A stretch of DNA of 63,822 bases, counting the filler, from Octopus bimaculoides (lineage: Eukaryota), in assembly GCF_001194135.2 (NCBI RefSeq). It is 6 parts of 6 records of this genome, joined end to end, with 100 filler letters (N's around TTAATTAATTAA, not from the genome) between each part and the next. Parts side by side here need not be neighbours in the genome. Positions count along the whole stretch, not along the records: positions 7,836 to 23,540 come from NC_068981.1; positions 23,641 to 52,764 come from NC_068986.1; 4 more parts are not named here. One strand, given 5' to 3'. Both the position numbers and the translations under genes were made by a program. Below, in pieces: positions 12,185 to 24,112 of the stretch (the stretch's first letter is position 1; the number at the start of each line of letters is the position of its first letter). The notes under the pieces were generated by a model that was not told the origin of the DNA, searched no databases, and saw only the letters and a program-made list of their open reading frames with translations.

Positions 12185-12640
12185 AACAGGCACAACTCTA
12201 TCACCAATACCACAATCATCAATAGTAGAAGCCCTGATAATAACAACAACAGCACCGCTAACACCAACACCACTATCACTAGTAATACTACTATCACCAT
12301 CACTACCAGCAGCAATAACCACAGCAACACCGCCAGTAATACGAATACCAACACCGACACTTATGTTAGCAACCATACTACCAACACCACAGATAGCAAC
12401 AAAAACAAATCAAGCAACAGCAATATTACGCTGCTACCACCACCACCACTACTACCGCTATCATCACCACCAATACAACCCCACCAGCATTCACACCATC
12501 ATCACCACCGCCACTCCCACTACCATCATCATCATCATCGTCGTCGTTGTTGTCATCATCATTATTATTATCATCAACACCACCACCATGATCATTATCA
12601 CCACCGCCACCATTACTACCACCATTCCATCATCATCTAA
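12185..12640. repeat. Compound trinucleotide low-complexity tract (AAC/CAC/CAT)
   Basis: Directly visible; the source of the Asn/Thr/His-rich spurious ORFs. Confidence 0.9.
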
Positions 12641-12752
12641 AAAGAGGATTGTGGGATATATGAGATAAAATAGTTCTGGATGCTAATACTCTGAAATAAA
12701 GACAGGATGGTCATCATTGGAACAGTTATCATCATTGCCACTGGCTTTATAC

Positions 12753-13079
12753 CATAGGTTCTCAAAGTGGGCGCTACCACCCCACGCTCCAGTGGGCATT
12801 GAGATGGTCCAGGTGGACACTGGTGCATAAGGGGGCGGTGGGGGTGCAGTAGAGAAAAAAGAGGCATTGAGAGGAAGGCAGTGAATTGGAGGACACTATG
12901 AATTTATTATAACATTATTATAGTATTGTATACAAATTATATATTATATTAAATATCAAATGACGGTATATATAAATTAATAAAATCTAAAATATTTATA
13001 CATAAAAATAGGGGTGGGGCGCTGAGGGTATTATGTGGCCATGAGGCGGGCAGTGGCCCAAAAAGTTTGAGAATCTCCG
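12753..13079. mobile_element. hAT (Charlie-like) non-autonomous element, 327 bp
   Basis: 8-bp TSD ctttatac at 12745-12752 and 13080-13087; termini cataggttctcaaa and tttgagaatctccg resemble hAT TIRs. Confidence 0.85.
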
Positions 13080-14534
13080 CTTTATACCAAACTTTAATGA
13101 TTGGTCAAAACAAATACGTGGACATGACAGTTGATTGTGTGACTGTGAGAGGTTATACAAAAGAAAAGTAGTGCATTTATATTACCGAAGGTTGTGGCTG
13201 TATTTCATATATCAAAGAATATGAATTAACAATATATACTAACAGAAGTGATTGTACTCTATCTTACCAAAGACAGATGTGACTATGTTCTGAATACCAT
13301 AGAAATTCCTTGTACTTTCAAGACCATATAAAGTTACAATATTCTACATACCAAATTATGTGAACGTATTGTATATACCAAAAAAATGACCCCACTTTAT
13401 AAAGCAAAGGATGTAGCTGTACTCTATTTATCATAGAATGTAACTGTACACTGTATACTAAAGAAAGAGAATGTACTCTATATACCAAAGGCAATGACTG
13501 TAAAAGGTGTACTAAATGTTTGTTAACACAATTTGATCACAGAAGTAGGCTATAAATGGAAATTGATCTAACACTATGCAATGTTGTGTGTGACAAAGTT
13601 TTTACTTTCTCACATCTCTTTCTGACATGTCTACAACATCAGCTTGGAAGATTTCAATCTGATGCTGGAAATGTTAAAGTTTAGCATGATCATGGGCCTA
13701 ACAGCAAACATGCTAAATTAACCATGGAATTAACTATTTTTTAGTATACAGGATTATTGTACTCTGTAAGGAGGAATAGATATCTATAAATACAGCACAG
13801 GCTATTTTTGTTTCCATAGATGTTTACTAGTGAAGACAGTAGACCATCTATGAAGTACCAACTCTGATGCAGCAATGAGCAGGCAACCCAAAACAATCTT
13901 AAAGCTTGATGAATTCACACTGAAAACAAATGTGAGTTCAATACCATTGCATTAATACAGTAACCAAAATTCATCCCCTTTTGCTGCTAAAGTTTACTGT
14001 AGAGAGTTCTATAAAAAAATATATATTTTACTTCATAAACCAGTTCGGTTTTTTTGACAGAGAACATGTAGTAGTTGAGAATGTCCATTAAAACACTAAT
14101 ACCTTTGCTCTTTCAATTTCTGCAGATCTACTTTCATTTTTCATGCATATCATGCAGTCACTTTCATCTTACACACATCACATTATGCAGACTCACTTGT
14201 ACCTTGCACACAAACAAATCCACTTGCATTTTCACACATGTCATGTAGACTCCATTTGCTTCTTCTGCATGCATACAAACAGCATGATTCTATCAGTCCA
14301 TTTGCCAACTCGTCACCTGTAACATTCACTCACTGGATTATATTTGTGCAGTCATTCAGTTTTCACTATTTTTTGTTTTATTTTGATGGTTAGTGATCGT
14401 TATTTCCCAGAAATCTAGAAGAAAGTTAATGTAGCAGCTATCGTGCAGCCAGATGAGAGTTCAGCCATTCACCATTTTCACCAGTTTATCAGACTGACAG
14501 CATGCACTGGTTATATAAATAAAACTCAAAGTTG

Positions 14535-14614
<80 letters not shown>

Positions 14615-15609
14615 TGTCTTCCAGAAAAAGGAGCAGCAGTATCAATCATTGTCTACATTTGTTTCAGTTACTCTTAATATGACACATTGCAGTTGAACAA
14701 GATATTGATTTGTTGTATCTCTGTTCCACCAGGTTACCAGTCACATATATTGATTACCTATTTTTCTTATCTCTGCAACATTTTCTCTTCACATTATATG
14801 TATAGCTGGGAAAAAGCATTGAATTTTACACACATATGACTTACAGTTCTGATTTTCTAAACACATTCAGTTGGTAATCTTACAAAGAATAATTTAGTCC
14901 TACAAATATGTTCTAAATTTAATAATTTATTAAGACCACTAATTACTAAATTTCTGCTGCATCATAACTGTTCCAGGCCTTAATTCACAAGGCAGTATTC
15001 AGTTTGGAGTCCTTTCTATTCATTGGCATCTATCTTTTCATGCTTTCACATGTTGCTAATTAACATTCACTGACTTCAGGATCAGACTTCTATATACTTC
15101 CTATTATAAAACAAAACCAGTTTTCTACAATATAATTATTTTATTAATTTAACAATAGATTTTAGAGTATGAATTAACTGCTATTTCAAGATTAATTATA
15201 CTAAACACTATAAACCTTACGATTTGAGATGGATGGGAGAGACAGGCCCAACTGTTAGAACTTGAATCAGTTTCTATCACTTACCAGTCATGATAGATCC
15301 ATGGTCAGGATCACATCAAATGATTTGTTATTCTTTTCTAACACAAATACACAAATGATTGTCTATAATGTCTAGTTGATTTCAAAGTAATTAGTGATTC
15401 ATTATAAAGCCTGAAAATATGTGATTTGGTAAATTTTTAAAAATGCAGTAAAAAATTAAAATCATGACAATAGGTTCTACTTGAAATGTTGACTAGTCTC
15501 TCTCATGTCATAAACTCTACATTTACCTATTTATTCTTTAAAAATAAGATCTATCTGTTGAAAAGAAGGTGGGGATTAATTATAACAGGTATAACTACAG
15601 TTGCTTATC

Positions 15610-16615
15610 ACATCTTGAACATATTGCTTCTCTGGGCATAGGGTGTGGGATATCATAGTGATGGTATATTCTCCATTGCAAGTATTGGCCAACTTGATCA
15701 AGCCTGGTTTTTTATTCTGTAGATGCAAGGACTGAGCAAAGGGCAACGTGGTCAACACTCTCAAGTTTGTCATTGAAGAGTCTATACTTTGTGTCTACCT
15801 TATTGTGTGTGGCATTAGCTTGATAGTTCTAGGTGAGGAGGCTCTGATCTTGTGCCACTAGGATAAATCCTTGTTTCATCTTTCAAACCAGCACTCTGCA
15901 GTCACTGATGTGTTCTTCTCATTATCTACATCAGCTTCCCCAGCTCATTTGGGGTATTGCCCATGCAATGGTTTTTCTTTCCACAGTCTCGATATTACCT
16001 TCAAGCTTTCCTGTTCGGCTTTTGTTTTACACATTTTTGCGCTTTAGTGGGTGGTGTGCCCTCCTTATCATCATCACAATCAGACAGGTTAAGCTCTTGT
16101 TTGTATTTATATGCTTCCATTGAGATTGAGTCTAATTTCTTAATTTGCTCATGTTGCCTTACCAGCTGTACCATCCAATTGGTGTTACTCTGGATGTACA
16201 TTTGGAGTTCTATCATGGTTGTTTTATAGGAAGTTTCAAGTTGGATTAGGCCTCTACCACCTTCCTTTTTTTGAGAGATAGAGCCTGTGGACGTCCGATT
16301 TTGGGTGGTGCATCGTGTTTATTGTCAGCAGTTTCCTAGCCTTTATGTCCAGACTCTGGAGTTCACTCAGATTCCAATTGATGACATTAAGGCTATATGG
16401 GACAACTGGTACAACCAGTGGGGGTTATAGCTGCAATTCTATTCTAGGAGTCAGTTCAATATTCAGGATCATTCTGACATGTCTATAATACTCTTTCCTG
16501 ATCTTGTCTTTCATTGAGCCATGTTGAATCCCTTTCCCTTTTGTGTACCCCAAAATACTTGTAAAAACCTTTTTGATCCAGGTCCTTGATAAATGTATCA
16601 TAATCAAGTTGGGTC
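15610..16615 (-). mobile_element. R4/Dong-clade (RLE-type) non-LTR retrotransposon relic
   Basis: Manual minus-strand translation across frameshifts: FYKYFG, KIRKEYYRHVRMIL, VPVVPYSLNVINW, MHHPKSDVHRLYL..EGGRGL, KKPLHGQYP and DHV..CSVLA..E..RLDQVGQYLQW, the typical R4/Dong post-RT layout. Confidence 0.85.
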
Positions 16616-17769
16616 ATGGTATTAGCAGTCAATTTACCACATTTGAACAAAGCTTTTGCACATTATCGACTCATAAATAAAAATTCAAAGTTTGTTAATT
16701 TGCAATTATAGCACTGGATTAAATTATGCCTTACATGTAGTTCAGTAAATAGAAGTGACTGGATAGCTTGATCATTTTCTCTCTGTTATAGACTAGAAAG
16801 AATTTTTTTTTTTTTTTAATGTTGTAGAAGTTGAAGGCAGCAAATTGACTGAATTGTTAGAGATAAAATGCCTGACTGTATTTATTCTGAATTATTGTGC
16901 CCTGTGTTCACATTCTTTTAAAGTCAATCCTGCTTTTTTTTATTTTTCTGGACGTTGATAAACAAAGTACCATTTTAAGATTGTTGACTGACAGAAGTTT
17001 TAGACTATTCTTACGATTCTGTTCTGTTTGCATTCTCAGTTCAAATCCCTTTAACACCAACTCCTGGTCCTTGTGTTCAACTCTGTCCCCTCCGTTGTAA
17101 GTAATCAGACCAAGTCTCCAGTTTGAAGATGCCTTCCTCCCTCACTCCTCCCATCAATCTCGGAGATCCTGTTTATAGTCATGGACACTACTTTTTCTCC
17201 TGACTAAAACGATAAAAAAGAATATCTGGCTAAAAACAACCATGGATATTGTCATCGCTATACAAGAAGGTTTCCCTTAAATTGTAATCAAAGCTTCCCT
17301 TTCCAGTGTTATGTTTATACTGGACTAATAATCTTTATATTACAACATAAATGTTTCTGCGGATATGTTAATCTGAACCAGACTAAGTGCATGTTATATC
17401 GTTGACTTAGATTAATATACAAAAGAAATTACCAGCATTATTTTGCGTTGTTAACGAAAATCAGAAAAGATTTATGAAGAACAATAACACAGCGACCAAG
17501 TGAACTCGAAAACAAACAAAATATCATAGTTAAATACTGTATAGTTATACAATTTTTCGGAAAATCTAAAGTTATTTTTTCACAGTAACGGCTTTAAATC
17601 AAACTAACAGTGAATTTCAGTAAGAAATAAGCAAATATCTCGGTTGGTTAGTGTGAAAACAGAAGCTATTGAAATAAATTAAGGACTGGTAATAAATCTT
17701 AGTCAAAAGTTTTTGTCAATACTAAAGGAAAATCCGGAAAAATGCTAAAACAATTTTCATGTCCCTACT

Positions 17770-17880
17770 CACTGCTATTGAGGCAGAGATGGGCTAACCG
17801 CAAGTGCGAGCCCTCGGAGTGGCTGATCTCCCTCACCATTCTCCGGGGCAACGCCTTTACTATTTTGTCTGCACGACCAT
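17770..17880 (+). mobile_element. CRE-clade retrotransposon extreme C-terminus (short relic)
   Basis: RQRWANRKCEPSEWLISLTILRGNAFTILS resembles the CRE C-terminal motif L.QR(L/I)SLAI.RGNA..IL. Confidence 0.55.
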
Positions 17881-18139
17881 CTGGCAGACTGATTAGTCTG
17901 TTTAGTTATGGCTGTCGTATCTCTAAAGACTACACATATCCTCTTAAATGTTCAAATCAATTTTTAATTGTATTTGCTTTATTTTTTCTTTCAGAACACC
18001 AGGTATACATTTTGTGTTTTTGCATATATAACATGTATGTATATGATACATATATAGTACAAAGAAAAGAGAAAAAATACCAATGCAACACCAAGTGCTT
18101 CAATTGGTCACACACCATGAGGCTCAACGGAACCTACTA

Positions 18140-18395
18140 GAGTAAGCCAGCACGCTCTCAGCATTACTACGAGCGATGGTGAGGCTAAAGCGTTGGAAAA
18201 GCCAAGCACTCTTACGGGTATCACCTGATACCTGGGCGAGGCGAGCTGCCAACGATGATGAGTAAGTACTTCGTTGTCAGTGGCCCAGTCCCTCCAAACG
18301 TCTCAAACGCCACAAATTGAAAGAGATAGTGCACTGCCAGGTCCTAATACTTGAGGATTTTATTCCATTCGGCTAGACGTACTTCGGTTTTGTAA
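18140..18395 (-). mobile_element. CRE-clade retrotransposon RLE/C-terminal relic
   Basis: LAEWNKILKY*DLAVHYLFQFVAFETFGGTGP, then after a frameshift ARLAQVSGDTRKSAWLFQRFSLTIARSNAESVLA; matches the CRE pattern K..KY..L...Y.F.P.A.ET.G..G / RLA..SGD.RE..FL.QR.SL.I.RGNA. Confidence 0.8.
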
Positions 18396-18779
18396 GAAGG
18401 GAGACTACTAAGCTATTAATTACCTCCCTTACACTATAAGCACAAGAATGTTCTGCGTGGTCGATTCTAACTAGAAATAAATCAGAGCTCTCTTTAAATT
18501 ACACGCTACCGTTTTCAAAAAACTGCTACGACGCATTGAATAATGAAGACCTATATACCTTAGTCATTGTTAGAACACCTCTAGTCATAGTTATACTAGA
18601 TCAAGAATTACCTCAGACGGAATCACCATATCTTCTATACGCTTCAGAAAAAAAAAATCCTTTTTACCTAACCTTTCAGCCATAGTACAGCCAAGGAAAA
18701 TATTTAAAATGTCAGAACGTCAAGTTAAATACAATATTCAGTTTCATTGATGTACATAGACAAGTTTTCAATGTCGACT

Positions 18780-19240
18780 TTCGGCTCCAAGTCTTTTGCT
18801 TTCCTAGCAGCTGGCGTCTTCTTCACACCATCTCTGAATAAGTTGATAAATTTCTTTGTTTGACGGAGGTGCTTGCAATGGCTAATATTATTATACATTC
18901 GATGGTGTCTTCAAAACCTGGTCATGCCTCCAGCGGTAGCGTTCCTCTCTCAGGGCTTCCTGGACAGCAGCTGAAACTGTGCTCCAGGATTCCCCTCTTT
19001 GGGCACAAGGGACAAGCTGGTGATTCCAAATTTTCCTAGCAGAACAAGTTGAATGGGTTTAGAAAGACATTGTAAACTACCTGAATCAGGAATTTTATCC
19101 GGTGGGACTCCCCACTCCAGTGTCACCGCTTGATCCCCATCTTAACCAAGCTCGCTGGTGCATCATCCCTACACACTTGCTGACTTGTTACTCCTCAGTC
19201 GAAGCTCGCACCTCATTCTGGGTAAATAGCCTCCTGTCCT
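18780..19240 (-). mobile_element. HERO-clade (RLE-type) retrotransposon relic, CCHC zinc knuckle + RHD region
   Basis: VGMMHQRAWLRW, HRIKFLIQVVYNVFLNPFNLFC, PACPLCPKRGILEHSFSCC and ALREERYRWRHDQVLK across frameshifts. Confidence 0.88.
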
Positions 19241-19789
19241 TTCCTAGTCACATATTGCAGTGCTACAGGAATTCAACATAACCAACAACTATATCAATTT
19301 TGCCAGTCTGTAGTGAACAGCAAGACCCATGGGCACTGGTCCACTTACTGAACCTAAACATAAAATGTGAGAAGCAATTTTATTGAATCTTGATAGTATC
19401 ATTGTGCAATAATAAACAAATGCACTGGCTCTGTTTTAATCCTTTTATTATTGTTGATTATTATTAGGCCTGCTAGTTAAATATTTCCACAATTAACTAA
19501 GCAATTGTTAGATTAATCTTTCGGTTAATCAATCACTCAGCTTGCTTCGTTAGAGTAGTTTCGTCGCTGTTCACGACCTTATCTCTCTACTCAAGGTCTG
19601 TATCCTAGTTTTGAGAGTTTACATTTATGGAGACAGAAGAATGTTAAAGAGAGAGAGAGAGAGAGTCAGAGGGAGAGACGTGTGTGTGTGCGCGCACGTA
19701 CGTGGGAATATTTGTGTAGCATGGTGTGGATTGTGTGTGTGAGAGAGAAAGAGTGTGTCGTGTCCATGCGCACCTATGTATGTATACTT

Positions 19790-20212
19790 TTCTACTCTTG
19801 GCACAAGGCCCAAAATTTTTAGGGAGTCGGGGCCAGTCGACTAGATAGACCACAGTACTCAACTTATCGACCCCGAAAAGATGAAAGGCAAAATCAACCT
19901 CGGCGGAATTTGAACTTAGAACGTAAAGACAGAGGAAATATAGTTAAGCATTTCGCCCGGCGTGCTAACGTTTCTTATTTCTTTACTGCCCACAAGGGGC
20001 TAAACATAGAGGGGACAAACAAGGACAGACAAAGGGATTAAGTCGATTACATCGACCCCAGTGCGTAACTGGTACTTAATTTATCCACCCCCGAAAGGAT
20101 GAAACGCAAAGTCGACCTCGACGGAATTTGAACTCAGAACGTAACGGCAGACAAAATACCGCTAAGCATTTCGCCCGGCGTGCTAACGTTTCTGCCATCT
20201 CGCCGCCTTACT
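19790..20212 (-). mobile_element. Head-to-tail dimer of a tRNA-derived SINE
   Basis: Minus strand: aaggcggcgagatggcagaaacgttagcacgccgggcgaaatgc...gagttcaaattcc; two units with different tails. Confidence 0.85.
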
Positions 20213-20574
20213 TGTGCAATAATAATGAAACAAGGAAAACATTTTATAACAATTTTCAGTTATACACATATTTTTAAAGTGATTGGAGTTTCTTTATNNN
20301 NNNNNNNAGGGGGGGGGGTTATTATAACAAAAAATATTTGCTGATAAAAACAAAAAAAGTAAAATTCTTCACGAAACTTTTCAAAAACATCCTTTGGTAG
20401 TTTTAAAATAAATTTTAATTCGGTTAGTTTTTAAACCTACACAATTATGTTATTTCAGTCTTTTTTTTAATATCCATTCTAAAAATATCGTATAAAGAAT
20501 GGTCAGAAAGTAACTGGGGTTCATGGTTTATGAGCTCTTTCCTTGATCCATGGCTCACTTCCTCCGCTGGCGAT

Positions 20575-20650
20575 GCTTCGTCAACCCCAGAGGAGGTGGA
20601 AGTTTCAGTAAAGGAATTATTTGCCTCGAAGGACAAAAACTTGTATCACT
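20575..20650 (+). mobile_element. Mariner transposase C-terminal fragment
   Basis: TPEEVEVSVKELFASKDKNLY resembles the mariner motif EEV...V.EFFASK...WY. Confidence 0.5.
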
Positions 20651-21424
20651 GAGCGAAAACTATTGAATAGGTTGCAAAACGCAACGAAAATTTTAGAAAA
20701 ATAAAAAAAGAAATAAGTGGAAATTTTACTGGTGTGTTAAATTATAAGACACCAAAAGAGAATGACTCTCCCCAGACACAACAAAATAATTATAATTTAA
20801 CTGTTATTAATTTACCTTTTTTTTTTTTTTCATGTTTTTCCTTTTTTCTTTCCCGTGCAAATCTCCAACGCTTTTCCAACTTAGTTTCTTTATATTTTGT
20901 AGTTTCATGAAGCAATTAATTTTTAAAAAAAACATTTTACACAAACATTCAATAATAAACATGATCCAAATCATTGTAAATATGACATGCTTGTTTAGAG
21001 ATGTTATATTAACTACTTAACTTTTTTTTCTTTTTCATTGTGAAGAAAACAGCATTTCCTTAAAATTGTAAACGAAAATTAAATTTTAAAAGAAGTATAA
21101 AATGTTTACCAGTGTTATTTTCTGCACCTTTTCTTGTGAGCGAGCCTTCGACGTTCAAACAATTTCACAGGTTGCAACGATGTCGTCTGCTCTTAGAATC
21201 ACGTGACACGCCTACTCCCAATGTCGTCTGCTACTTAACTGCTATACACCGATCCCATAGAAATGACATTCTGAAATTCCGGAATGTCTACAAAAGTTTT
21301 TGTTTTAAAAATGTATTATCTAACGAGTAATCACATCAGTTTAATTAATCTTAATGATCACAGTCTTTATTTACACTGCATGCGTAGAATCCCCGAATAT
21401 TTAGAAAAATCCATGTTTTTGTAA

Positions 21425-21636
21425 ATTATATCTTTTATTCTTTTACTTGTTTCAGTCATTTGGCTGCGACCATGTTGGATCACTGTCTTTAGTCGAACAA
21501 ATCGACCCCAGGACTTATTCTTTGTAAGCCTAGTACTTATTCTATCGGTCTCTTTTGCCGAACTGCTAAGTAACAGAGACGTAAACACACCAACATCGGT
21601 TGTCAAGCGATGGTGGAGGGACAAACATAGACACAG

Positions 21637-21677
<41 letters not shown>
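21425..21677 (-). mobile_element. Right module of the composite microsatellite-containing SINE
   Basis: Reverse complement of 42553-42765; abuts (CA)n/(TA)n. Confidence 0.85.
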
Positions 21678-22658
21678 NNNNNNNNNNNNNNNNNNNNNNN
21701 NNNNNNNNNNNNNNNNNNNNNNNNNNNNNNNNNNNNNNNNNNNNNNNNNNNNNNNNNNNNNNNNNNNNNNNNNNNNNNNNNNNNNNNNNNNNNNNNNNNN
21801 NNNNNNNNNNNNNNNNNNNNNNNNNNNNNNNNNNNNNNNNNNNNNNNNNNNNNNNNNNNNNNNNNNNNNNNNNNNNNNNNNNNNNNNNNNNNNNNNNNNN
21901 NNNNNNNNNNNNNNNNNNNNNNNNNNNNNNNNNNNNNNNNNNNNNNNNNNNNNNNNNNNNNNNNNNNNNNNNNNNNNNNNNNNNNNNNNNNNNNNNNNNN
22001 NNNNNNNNNNNNNNNNNNNNNNNNNNNNNNNNNNNNNNNNNNNNNNNNNNNNNNNNNNNNNNNNNNNNNNNNNNNNNNNNNNNNNNNNNNNNNNNNNNNN
22101 NNNNNNNNNNNNNNNNNNNNNNNNNNNNNNNNNNNNNNNNNNNNNNNNNNNNNNNNNNNNNNNNNNNNNNNNNNNNNNNNNNNNNNNNNNNNNNNNNNNN
22201 NNNNNNNNNNNNNNNNNNNNNNNNNNNNNNNNNNNNNNNNNNNNNNNNNNNNNNNNNNNNNNNNNNNNNNNNNNNNNNNNNNNNNNNNNNNNNNNNNNNN
22301 NNNNNNNNNNNNNNNNNNNNNNNNNNNNNNNNNNNNNNNNNNNNNNNNNNNNNNNNNNNNNNNNNNNNNNNNNNNNNNNNNNNNNNNNNNNNNNNNNNNN
22401 NNNNNNNNNNNNNNNNNNNNNNNNNNNNNNNNNNNNNNNNNNNNNNNNNNNNNNNNNNNNNNNNNNNNNNNNNNNNNNNNNNNNNNNNNNNNNNNNNNNN
22501 NNNNNNNNNNNNNNNNNNNNNNNNNNNNNNNNNNNNNNNNNNNNNNNNNNNNNNNNNNNNNNNNNNNNNNNNNNNNNNNNNNNNNNNNNNNNNNNNNNNN
22601 NNNNNNNNNNNNNNNNNNNNNNNNNNNNNNNNNNNNNNNNNNNNNNNNNNNNNNNNNA

Positions 22659-23010
22659 ACTGATGCTTCTAATGTTCAGCTTTTCTCTCAAGATACTTAC
22701 ACTCTGACGGGTATTCACATTGACATTACACATCCAACGGAGCATACTGGCTTCTTTTCTTGCGAGCTTACGTATGTCCTCAGCAGTTACAGCCCATGTT
22801 TCACTGCCATGTAGCATGGCTGTTCGTACGCATGCGTCATACAGTCTGCCTTTTACTCTGAGTGAGAGTCCCTTTGTCGCCAGCAGGGGTAAGAGCTCTC
22901 TAAACTTTGCCCAGGCTATTCTTATTCTAGCAGCTACACTTTCAGCGCACCCACCCCCACTACTAACTTGGTCGCCCAGATAGCGGAAGCTATCGACTGT
23001 GAATGGAGCA
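22659..23010 (-). mobile_element. Young RTE LINE fragment (C-terminal coding region; 3' end presumably in the gap)
   Basis: LHGSETWAVTAEDIRKLARKEASMLRWMCNV; appears identical to 31913-32127 over ~210 bp. Confidence 0.9.
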
Positions 23011-23516
23011 AGATTCCAGTATCAGACAAAGAATGATATGGTAGAATGGAAAGTAGATTAGGGTCTTAGAAGCTATGAGACAGGCCTAGAGTGAAGTGGG
23101 TTGCATGGAACATCACCAGGTAGCTACAGGAGAACTTACATATCAGATATATTGAGCAAGGGGTATAGCCCATAGAAAGAGGTTTACCAATTATCTGTAC
23201 CATGAATACCAGAAGCACAAGGTGTTCTTGAGTGTGAGACAATGCCAGGGTAAATGTATAAATGTATATATACATATATATATCATTGCTATTATTTTAA
23301 ACTGCCATATGTCCAAATTTGATGATGATTTATACTCCCTCACTTTTCAATATTTATGTTTGCTTGCAATAGCCTGTTCTTTTGGTCAAACAATTCTATC
23401 TCCAGCTGCTTCAGATACCAAGATATCAAAAATTGTCAAAGTGTAGTATGATGGTTTTGCTATGGAATGGTGAAACTATTTTTTCTGTTTCTGAAAAAGC
23501 AATGTTTTGGACTTAC

Positions 23517-23540
23517 CGCACTTTAGCATAATAGCAACGA
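23517..23540 (-). other. Possible 3' end of a host exon (rest in gap)
   Basis: Consensus donor GCG|GTAAGT on the minus strand right beside the gap; same strand as the 26608 and 29416 candidates. The donor alone is weak evidence. Confidence 0.2.
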
Positions 23541-23640
23541 NNNNNNNNNNNNNNNNNNNNNNNNNNNNNNNNNNNNNNNNNNNNTTAATTAATTAANNNN
23601 NNNNNNNNNNNNNNNNNNNNNNNNNNNNNNNNNNNNNNNN

Positions 23641-23822
23641 AGTAGCATGTAAAAACACCTACTACACTCTCTGAGTGGTTGGCGTTAGGAAGGGCATCCA
23701 GCTGTAGAAACTCTGCCAAATCAGATTGGAGCCTGGTGTAGCCATCTGGTTCACCAGTCCTCAGTCAAATCGTCCAACCCATGCTAGCATGGAAAGCGGA
23801 CATTAAACGATGATGATGATGA
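23641..23822 (+). mobile_element. RTE LINE 3' end with (GAT)n tail
   Basis: gtggttggcgttaggaagggcatccagctgtagaaactctgcc...gatgatgatgat. Confidence 0.92.
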
Positions 23823-23826
23823 TATA

Positions 23827-24044
23827 TCAGGGGGTTCTAAAAAGTTCCTGGCTGTTAAGGGTATTGTGAAAGGCCTGGTTGTAGGCCCAGCCTTCTAAGT
23901 TCTTTAAGAGGGCTTAGAAAAACTGAAGGACTGCTGCAATAAGTGTGTGAATCTGAAAGGGGAATATGTTGAATAAAATCATAATTAACTGATTGTCCTG
24001 TATTTTCTCTTACTCAAAGCCAGAAACTGTTGAGCACCCCTTCA
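23827..24044 (+). mobile_element. Mariner-derived MITE, 218 bp, TA TSD
   Basis: Imperfect ~27-bp TIRs; internal LEKLKDCCNKCVNLKGEYVE* is a mariner C-terminus; second copy at 41814-42033. Confidence 0.85.
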
Positions 24045-24112
24045 TATGTATCCATGTTTATACATGTGTGTGTGTGTGTGTGTGTACATATATTTATGTA
24101 TGTATGTGTGTG

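Noticed and set aside
13819-13930. Plus-strand exon (tttccatag ... gtgagt)
   Set aside because: All three frames are closed.
17130-17185. Helitron helicase motif (INLGDPVYSHGHY versus PVFSHGQLY)
   Set aside because: The upstream FAMTINKSQGQT motif is absent; probably chance.
21600-22817. Long ORFs of 200-520 aa in the ORF track (also 31.2, 39.3, 46.5, 57.5 and 59.2 kb)
   Set aside because: They consist mostly of N-derived X residues.
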